Shown here: piece by piece, positions 9,360 through 17,125 of the stretch
Layout: each line of letters begins with the position of its first letter
How positions within the stretch are numbered: position 1 is the first letter of the stretch
Source: Chrysochromulina tobinii
Taxonomy: Eukaryota
Direction of reading: 5' to 3'
Assembly (NCBI GenBank): GCA_001275005.1
Contig: JWZX01002791.1
Span: 1 to 32,744 of the forward strand
DNA length: 32,744 nt
Position numbers and translations under genes: made by a program
The notes under the pieces: model-generated
Database searches by the model: none
What the model saw: the letters and a program-made list of their open reading frames with translations, nothing else
Told to the model about the DNA's origin: nothing

Positions 9360-9705
9360 CACTGTTGCAGCTGAAAGCCAGCCTTTCCTTTGTTACACTG
9401 CGTTACGAATCGAGGTCTCCCCTTCCTCTGTCTCAAGATAGGTGTAACGAAGACTGCGCAGCAAATTGGTCAATGTATGATCAATCACTTTGCGAAGCGT
9501 TACCCGGGTATCTGGATAAGCAGGTATGCAGGGAAGTTTGAAATCTGCTGGGCAAACTTACTCAATTTTTGTCAGCGCGGGTCTGATCGCGCCGGATGCC
9601 ACAGAGCGAGATACCCTTCTGCTTGGCGACTTCAGCGAGCATCATGGCGGACTCCGCATCAAGCTGATTGCCCAGGAGGTTGGCCAGCGTCAGCCCGCCA
9701 TTAAC
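9360..9705 (-). pseudogene. decayed LRR-gene fragment (partial repeat, intron and C-cap exon)
   Basis: VNGGLTLANLLGNQLDAESAMMLAEVAKQKGISLCGIRRDQT is nearly identical to the repeats of the adjacent gene. It joins out of frame to ALTKI(D), then a GTAAGT...GCAG intron (9561-9454), then LRYTYLETEEGETSIRNAV-stop (TAA 9395-9393) and a frameshifted KGKAGFQLQ. Confidence 0.75.
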
Positions 9706-9736
9706 TGCATAGCTTGGATTGCGCGCGCACCATCTC

Positions 9737-12700
9737 TCAGAGTGCCAAGTGGGAGGGGGCGCCTCGCCATGCGTTTCGGAGGGCTTGCTTGGCTTGTTTA
9801 TCGAGGTCATTGTACTCAAGGCTGCGCACACACAGAGGGTGCGTTGTCGGGTTGCAAAGAGCAGTGGGGTCAGAGAGGCCTCAATTCGATTAAGTTTGAG
9901 GCGAAACGTACCATATTTCGGTCAGCGCGCCTGTGACGGTCGTGCGGAGCGCCTCGGCGATCAGCTTGCCTCCAACAAGGCCGATGTTCTCGTAATGCGC
10001 GTCCATAGACATAATCTCGCTGTCCTTGTTGCCGCAGATGGCGGCAAAGATGGCGCCCCAACCCTCATCCCTGAGCTGGTTGCCCCTGAGGTCGACGGAC
10101 GTCAATGTGCTGTTGACGCCAAGCATCTTGGCCACATGTTTGGCGCCTGCTGACCCTCCGATGTTGCTGCCATAGTTGCTGCCATAGTGGCTAATGTCAA
10201 GCTCCTTAAGCGTCTTGTTCTGTTCTAGTGCCTCGCAGATGGCTTTGGTGCCCTCCTCCCCCAACCTGTTTTTGGCTAGGGACAGCATCGTCAGCGCGCC
10301 ATTAACGCGCAGGGCGTCGGCGATTGCAGTGATGCCCTCTGCGGTGTAGGTGCCTTGTTGGCCGTCTCTCTCGGTTTCCCAGATGCCACACAGACGGTTT
10401 TTGGAGAGGTCGATGCTTGTCAGCCCGCCTGTGACAACGGCCTGTGACAGGTCCGACGCCAGCAGGACGGCATCGGTCGGCATGAGGATGTGCTGGTCGG
10501 AGAAGTCAGCGGTGGTCTGGTCGCGCCGGATGCCGCAGAGCGAGATGCCCTTCTGCTTGGCGACCTGAACGAGCATCTTGGCGGACTCCGAATCAAGGTG
10601 ATTGTCCAGGAGGTTGGCCACCGTCAGCGCGCCATTACCGCGCAGGGCCTCGGCGATTGCAGAGATGCCCTCTGCGGTGTAGGTGCCTCGAAGTTCTCCA
10701 AATATAGTTTCGATGCCGCACAGCTGGTTTCGGGAGAGGTCAATGCTTGTCAGCCCGCCTGTGACAACGGCCTGTGACAGGTCCGATGCCAGCAGGATCG
10801 CATCGGGCGGCCCGAGGCTCTTGCATTGTTCCTTGGATGTGGTCTGGTCGCGCTGGATGCCGCAGAGCGAGATGCCCTTCTGCTGGGCGACTTCAGCGAG
10901 CATCTTGGCGGACTCCAAATCAAGGTGATTGCCCAGGAGGTTGGCCACCGTCAGCACGCCATTACCGCGCAGGGCCTCGGCGATTGCAGCGATGCCCTCT
11001 GCGGTGTAGGTGCCTCGAAGTTCTCCAAATTCAGTTTTGATGCCGCACAGCTCGTTTCCGGAGAGGTCAATGCTTGTCAGCCCGCCTGTGACAACGGCCT
11101 GTGACAGGTCCGATGCCAGCAGGATGGCATCGGGCGGCCCGAGGCTCTTGTATTGTTCCCCGGATGTGAAGTCAGCGGTGGTCTGGTCGCGCCGGATGCC
11201 GCAGAGCGAGATGCCCTTCTGCTGGGCGACTTCAGCGAGCATCATAGCGGACTCTGCATCAAGCTGATTTCCCAGGAGGTTGGTCACCGTCAGTGCGCCA
11301 TTGACGCGAAGAGCATCAGCGATGGCGTTGATGCCCTCTGCGTTGTAGTTGCCTTGCTGCGTGCCATTGCCGTCAATCCAGATGCCGCACAGCTGGTTTC
11401 GGGAGAGGTCGATGCTTGTCAGCCCGCCAGTGACAACAGCCTGTGACAGGTCCGACGCCAGCAGGATCGCATCGGGCGGTTTGAGCTCGCCGCGGAACCA
11501 CCCCGTTGCGAGCATGTCCTCGAGCACGCTGTCCACCGAGAAGTTAGCGGTGGTCTGGTCGCGCCGGATGCCGCAGAGCGAGATGCCCTTCTGCTTGGCG
11601 ACCTCAGCGAGCATCATGGCGGACTCCGCATCAAGATGATTGCCCAGGAGGTTGGCCACCGTCAGCCCGCAATTAACACGCAGGGCGTCGGCGATTGCTG
11701 TGATGCCCTCTGCTGTGTAGGTGCCATGTGGGTCGCCATGACGGTCAGTCCAGATGCCACACAGCTGGTTTCCGGAGAGGTCCAAGCTCGTCAGCCCGCC
11801 CATGGAAGGAATGAGATAAGAAATGAGCATGGCCGCAGGCCCTTGGAGCCCCTCATTACACAAGTTCAGCTCCCCGGCACGAACGCGATTCTTGAATAAA
11901 TAACCCCATTCATCCTTCTTGAGGAGAGAAGGGACGTCCTGTAGAGTGTCCTCCCGCATATGCTGCACCGGAACGCGGCATACCACACCTGAGCCCGCAC
12001 AGGCAACGGCTGCGATCGTCAGCTTCAACGGTGCTTCTCCGTCGCCTGATATGCAGCTTTCGAGAGCAGCCTTAGCAGTACCACGAAGCAACGAAGCTGG
12101 CGGCGGCAAAGCGGCACCAAAATGACTCGCCTCCTGGACGCCCAGATTCGCGGCCCGTACTTTCGCCACGTCCACCACAAAGCCGTAGCCATGGAGGCGC
12201 GCCAGCCCTGGCAGCATCCGCCCCGCTAGGGCCGTGTCCCCCGGACGGCCGGCCTTGATGAGCAGCTCAACGTCCAGGTCGGTGATCGCTTCCAGATGTG
12301 TGGGTGCCGGATGTCCGCGGCCGCGGCACAGGCGCGAGCAGAGGACACGCCGTGACAGCGCACGCCAAAACCGATTCACGCCCTTGAGCTCGCACAGCGT
12401 GGCCACGTCCACAAGGGCCAGAGCAGCCTCCTTGGCATCCTCCGTGGCTGGCACCGCCGAGAGCGAGGGCTGCCGCAGAGGTACGGGCGGTGCCGAGGAG
12501 CTGGCCGCGCCGAGCTGCTGCGGCGCCTCGTAGCCTTCTGGTACAAACGCCGGCTCAGCGAAAGCCTCCGCGCGCTCCTCCGCGCCATCAAAGTCACTAC
12601 TCGCGCCTAGCACCACGCAGAGGTCGTGAGCGCGCTGGCCGTTGAGCCGTGGCGCGATCGCACGCTGGATGTGCTCGAGCGCCCTATTGGCGTCGAGAAA

Positions 12701-13009
12701 GAGGGCACCCTCGACGAGCTCCATGAGCTGCGGCATCGAGCACTCGTCGACACTTGGCCGTGTGGAGTCAGGATCACTCAGCTTCCCCAGCAAGTCAAGC
12801 GTCCAGGCCGCAATTTTTGGCACCGGGTACACGTCATCCTCGGGAGGGGCGTCGTCCATAAGATCCTTCAAGGTGCCCGCATTTCGCGCGGCCTTGCGCG
12901 GCCACGTGACCTCTTCTCCCCCTCGCGCTCGCACGCGGATTCGCTCGTCGGCCGTGCCCGTTGTAAGAGCGTCGGTTGCGCTGGTGCCGAGTGCGTCGCG
13001 TGCGGCCAT
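9737..13009 (-). CDS. Skp1-like + F-box + RI-like leucine-rich repeat fusion protein, join(13009..9912, 9821..9737), ~1060 aa
   Basis: First ATG is at 13009 (the ORF-track start at 13135 is GTG). Skp1-like region ~12945-12550 (RIRVRARGGEE...GTLKDLMDD...YPVPKI; LMELVEGALFLD...RLNGQRAHDLCVVLGASSDFDGAEER); F-box-like PATEDAKEAALALVDVATLCELKGVNRFWRAL ~12455-12330; LRRs of the LTSIDLSRNQL type from ~11870. Splicing gives a typical LRR cap, ALTEICLEYNDLDKQAKQALRNAWRGAPSHLAL-stop. Confidence 0.85.
9822..9911 (-). other. 90-nt phase-2 spliceosomal intron
   Basis: Donor TG|GTACGT at 9911, CTGAC branch-like motif, acceptor TGCGCAG|C at 9822; removal restores the LxxIxLxxNxL pattern. Confidence 0.85.
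10290..11800 (-). repeat. tandem LRR super-repeat (3 LRRs per unit; units of 372, 342, 327 and 330 bp plus a partial fifth)
   Basis: GGLTS(I/L)DLS anchors begin at 11800, 11428, 11086, 10759 and 10429, with high nucleotide identity between units. Confidence 0.9.
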
Positions 13010-13055
13010 CGCGTCAGCACGTTGCGGGACAAGGCGCTTGAAAGTGATGGGCAAT

Positions 13056-13091
13056 GCTCGGAAGATGTTCCGCGCTCGGAAGATGTTCCGC
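13056..13091. repeat. 18-bp direct repeat x2 in the divergent intergenic region
   Basis: gctcggaagatgttccgc occurs twice in tandem, ~50 bp upstream of the Skp1-F-box-LRR ATG. Confidence 0.8.
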
Positions 13092-13413
13092 GCGGCCGTG
13101 TGGCCTTGAGTGTGGGGAAAAAGCTTCTTCCCCACTTATTCCCATCAAGTCGCCTCTAGGGGATTCAAGGAGCGTTTCACAGGGTCACAGGACTGAGGAC
13201 TCTCGCTTCTCGGAGTTTTTTCTCTCGAGTATTCTGAGCGGGCAGTACAAGTAATGTAGTAACGTGCACGCGACAACCGGTGCTCAAGTACAAATAGCTT
13301 GGAAAGGGGTGGGGGAGTACGTGGACGCGCTCACACGTGCGTCTACAATTGTACGGCACTGTTCACGGTACCGGGTACTGTTGTGTTCGTGAGTTTAACG
13401 TTCACGCGACTGA

Positions 13414-16400
13414 ATGGCCCTTGAGTGTCATGTCGACTCGCCCCTCAGGCACCTGCTATTGCGAAGCCCGGATGTGCCCTCGCCACTCAAGCGTGCACGC
13501 GACGACGACGACGACGACGACATCCTTTTTGTGGGCGAGAAGACCCGTGCGGAACGCGATGCTGAGCTGCTGGCCAATGCTGTCGACGTGGAGGATTGGA
13601 GCACAGCGAGCTCTGGGCCGTCGCAGCCACTCACAGGGAACTCGCCGTGGCAGCCGATGCCAACGCCGCGAGTGAAAATTGAGAGAGGCGATAGTGCTGG
13701 TCCTGAGCGACCGCCTGCGTTGGTGCGTCCAGCAGCACGGCTGGCCCAGCCACCGCTGCCCATGGGTGCGCTGGACGAGGACCAGCGCCACGCTCTCCAA
13801 GTGGCTCTGCTGGGCCACGACGACGACGACGACGACATCCTTTTTGTGGGCGAGAAGACCCGTGCGGAACGCGATGCTGAGCTGCTGGCCAATGCTGTCG
13901 ACGTGGAGGATTGGAGCACAGCGAGCTCTGGGCCGTCGCAGCCACTCACAGGGAACTCGCCGTGGCAGCCGATGCCAACGCCGCGAGTGAAAATTGAGAG
14001 AGGCGGCGATAGTGCTGGTCCTGAGCGACCGCCTGCGTTGGTGCGTCCAGCAGCACGGCTGGCCCAGCCACCGCTGCCCATGGGTGCGCTGGACGAGGAC
14101 CAGCGCCACGCTCTCCAAGTGGCTCTGCTGGGCTCGAATCTCTTCCTCACCGGCGGAGCCGGCGTGGGCAAGAGCTTCACGCTGCAGCAGATCATCAGTC
14201 ACCTCGTCGCAAAGCACGGCGAGCGTGCGGTGGCGGTCACGGCTACCACGGGATGCGCGTCAGTCCACATCGACGGCCAGACGCTGCATTCGCTCGCGGG
14301 CGTCGGCGTGCCGCAGCACGTGGCCGACTTTGGGCGGCTGTGGGGTTTCTCGTCCGAGGGGGCCAAGGCGACAGCGTGGCGCGAGATGAAGGTGCTCATC
14401 ATCGACGAGGTGAGCATGCTCGATGCCGAATTCCTCGACCACTTTTCCATCGCGGTGGACCGCACCATCAACTACGCCGCGATCAAGGCGGCCGAGGAGG
14501 CGGCCGAGGAGCGGCGCGCGCGGCTCTTCGGTGGCGGCGTGCAGCTGATCGTCTGCGGTGACTTTTTGCAGCTCGCTCCGGTGCGTAGGACGTACGCACA
14601 GAACGCGGCTACTACACGTGGCGACAGGCTGCCGTCGTTGCGCGAGCCGCCGCAGCACGGCCGTGGCGGCGCCGCCCCCAAGCGTGCCTACGGCACTGTC
14701 GAGACGAGTGGCCAGCCGGCCTTCAAGTCGGTCGCGTGGCAAGAGGCGGGCTTCAAAACGGTCGAGCTTCGCACAGTCCACCGGCAGCGGGAGCCGACCC
14801 TTCTCCGGGCGCTCAATGACGTGCGGGTGGGCCAGGCCACAACAGAACACGTGAAGGCACTCTTGCGCCACACACGACGGGAGCTGCCGCAGCCCGGCGC
14901 GAGCCGCAGCGCTGACAGCGAGGACTGCAGCGAGGAGCGCACAGAGCCCGTGCGCCTCTTCTGCACCAACGCGCAGTGCGAGTCGCTCAACACGGCAAAG
15001 CTCGCGCAGGTGCTCGCGAGCTCGGCGCGCTGGGACCACCTGGCACAAGATTGGGTCGAGCTGGACCCCGAGGCAGTAGAAGAGGAGCTGGAGCGGCGAC
15101 CTCGCACATTGCCCACGCTCCTCAAGGCAGAGGGTGTGGGGACCGACTCGTCGCGTGAGACGATCCGCACATTGTGTGCGCCCTACGGCAAGGTGATCTC
15201 AGTCGACTTGGAGCGCGCCACGTCCGAGGCCACAGTGCGCTTCGAAGCCGCGGAGGGTGCGGCTTCAGCGCTCAGGGCGCTGCGCGGCATGGGCACGGAT
15301 GTGGTCGCGACGTGGCGCCGACCTTCGGTGCTCGAGTCCATCACTTGGGAGCTCGAGCAAGAGTTATGGGACTGCTTCTTTGCCGACGACGACGTGCACG
15401 TCCCTAAGCAAAAGACGCTGGCCGTGGGCGCGCAGGTGCTACTCACCAGCAACGAGACGCCTGGCGGCTTTGTCAACGGCGACTTGGGTCAAGTCGTCGC
15501 CTTTCGCCAGCCGTTGGCCGAAGAGCTGCGCAAGCTCGAGGAAGAGGGTCGGCCGTTGACGGCCGACGAGACGGTACATTCGTACCCGGTGGTACGGTTC
15601 CGGCGATCCAACCGCCGTGGTGAGCGCGAGCGGCTGGTGCTGCCGTGCAACAAGATGCGCCGAGTCTACCGTGTTGGCAGGGGCATCCGTCGTCAGCTGC
15701 CGCTCACGCTCGCTTGGGCGATCACGGTGCACAAATCGCAAGGCATGTCTCTCGATGCGCTGCAGTGTGAGCTTGGGAATGCCTTCGCGCCTGGCCAGTG
15801 TTACGTCGCACTAAGCCGTGCCAAGACGCTCGCCGGCCTGTGCATCAAATCGTTCGATGCAGAGACGGTGCGCCGGAAGCTTTCACACGACGCCATTCGC
15901 TTCCACGATGCAGTGCGCGCCCAGGCGGCGGCGGAGGCGGCGGCGGCAGTGCCAGCGCCAGTCGGCCGTGGCGGCGACGATGGCAAGGGCCCCCTGGCAG
16001 AGTTCTACGAGCGCGCCCACTTTTGGTGGAAAGAGATTGTTGAGGGCCCGAACACGCATGCCCAATGGCCGACCGTCTTCGCAGAAGACGATGGCTCCGA
16101 AACACCCTTCGGTACAACCTTTGCAACTGAGTGGCGGCGGTGGGTGGCGACATATCCGGTGCCAGAAAGGCTGTGTGCATTTCCAAACACCAGAGCGGAG
16201 GGGCGGTCAGCCTCGCTCGACCGCCGCGAGCTCGACATGCAGCTGCTCGAACACCGCTTCAAACAACAGGCGCCTTGGAACGTGTGCTCACCGTCTGAGT
16301 GTGCGCCCAACTCGATACCGCCCGGCCCACCCTCCTCTATTGGCAGCAGCAGCCTACGCGGCAGCGATGGCGGTGGTGCTGGAAGCGATGCTGGGAGCTC

Positions 16401-16800
16401 GATGGGTGGATGGGGTCGTGGGAGCTCGAGGGCGGGCTCGGAGGTGGCCTCGGACGCAGTCGCAACCTCGCTGGCCCGCGATGGCGGAGGAGGCGGCGAA
16501 GGCGGAGGCGGGCCAGCCATAGAGCCCGAGCCTGACTGTGTGCAGTATGCCGTCACGGGACCTGCGGTCGTGGAAGATTTTCCAGTCCTTGAAGATCTTC
16601 CACGACCAAGGATGGCAAGGAGCTTCTTCAATGTCACTGAGTCGGATGCTTTGAGCGCCACGGGGTTGTTTACCGAATCATCGAATCTGGAAGGAAGTCC
16701 CTGGCAAGTTCCGCTCGATATCATGAACATCGCGAGCTCAGCTCAACTCGAAAGCATTGCTGAGGAAGACGAGAGGATGGGTGCACCACCGTGTGCGTAG
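13414..16800 (+). CDS. PIF1: PIF1-family 5'-3' DNA helicase
   Basis: Motifs LFLTGGAGVGKS, TATTG...GQTLHSLAG, LIIDEVSML, FGGGVQLIVCGDFLQLAPV, LRTVHRQ, VGAQVLL, VNGDLGQV, RQLPLTLAWAITVHKSQGMSL and GQCYVALSRA, in the expected order. Confidence 0.93.
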   Translation: MALECHVDSPLRHLLLRSPDVPSPLKRARDDDDDDDILFVGEKTRAERDAELLANAVDVEDWSTASSGPSQPLTGNSPWQPMPTPRVKIERGDSAGPERPPALVRPAARLAQPPLPMGALDEDQRHALQVALLGHDDDDDDILFVGEKTRAERDAELLANAVDVEDWSTASSGPSQPLTGNSPWQPMPTPRVKIERGGDSAGPERPPALVRPAARLAQPPLPMGALDEDQRHALQVALLGSNLFLTGGAGVGKSFTLQQIISHLVAKHGERAVAVTATTGCASVHIDGQTLHSLAGVGVPQHVADFGRLWGFSSEGAKATAWREMKVLIIDEVSMLDAEFLDHFSIAVDRTINYAAIKAAEEAAEERRARLFGGGVQLIVCGDFLQLAPVRRTYAQNAATTRGDRLPSLREPPQHGRGGAAPKRAYGTVETSGQPAFKSVAWQEAGFKTVELRTVHRQREPTLLRALNDVRVGQATTEHVKALLRHTRRELPQPGASRSADSEDCSEERTEPVRLFCTNAQCESLNTAKLAQVLASSARWDHLAQDWVELDPEAVEEELERRPRTLPTLLKAEGVGTDSSRETIRTLCAPYGKVISVDLERATSEATVRFEAAEGAASALRALRGMGTDVVATWRRPSVLESITWELEQELWDCFFADDDVHVPKQKTLAVGAQVLLTSNETPGGFVNGDLGQVVAFRQPLAEELRKLEEEGRPLTADETVHSYPVVRFRRSNRRGERERLVLPCNKMRRVYRVGRGIRRQLPLTLAWAITVHKSQGMSLDALQCELGNAFAPGQCYVALSRAKTLAGLCIKSFDAETVRRKLSHDAIRFHDAVRAQAAAEAAAAVPAPVGRGGDDGKGPLAEFYERAHFWWKEIVEGPNTHAQWPTVFAEDDGSETPFGTTFATEWRRWVATYPVPERLCAFPNTRAEGRSASLDRRELDMQLLEHRFKQQAPWNVCSPSECAPNSIPPGPPSSIGSSSLRGSDGGGAGSDAGSSMGGWGRGSSRAGSEVASDAVATSLARDGGGGGEGGGGPAIEPEPDCVQYAVTGPAVVEDFPVLEDLPRPRMARSFFNVTESDALSATGLFTESSNLEGSPWQVPLDIMNIASSAQLESIAEEDERMGAPPCA
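13501..14133 (+). repeat. near-perfect in-frame tandem duplication (315/318 bp) in the PIF1 N-terminus
   Basis: 13501-13815 repeats at 13816-14133; by eye the copies differ only by GAC vs CAC at the first codon and one extra GGC codon. Confidence 0.95.
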
Positions 16801-17125
16801 CGTTGTATAGCGATGGTGTCCTGCCAAGAATGGGCGGCTCATCGAAGCTATTCGCTTGTATTAGCATGCAAAAACTGTATAAACTGAGTTTAAAATGCTA
16901 ACTGTTAGGGTGTGTTATCGATTCTGACACACGGGTACACTCAATACTCCATGTCCGCCCCTGGCCTGATGAACCTATACTCGTACTGCTTAGGTTTCGC
17001 CCACACTCTCTCCTCTCCTCTCTATCTACACACTCGTCACTCCCCCCTGCAAAGCTAGGCGCTCTCGCAGTTGATGACTCGTCCGGATTGGTGTCCGACC
17101 CGGGGACCGCATACTCGTGATGCGA

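Noticed and set aside
10290..11800. CRISPR-like or DGR-like repeat/spacer array
   Set aside because: Units are in-frame coding LRR repeats of >300 bp in a eukaryotic gene; there is no cas or reverse transcriptase gene and no adenine-specific variation pattern.
13010..13135. N-terminal extension MGKKLFPH... of the LRR gene
   Set aside because: It begins at GTG and covers an 18-bp repeat in intergenic-like sequence; the first ATG is 13009.
13414..16800. Helitron RepHel transposase
   Set aside because: Pif1 helicase motifs are present, but there are no HUH/Y2 Rep motifs and no Helitron termini were recognised.
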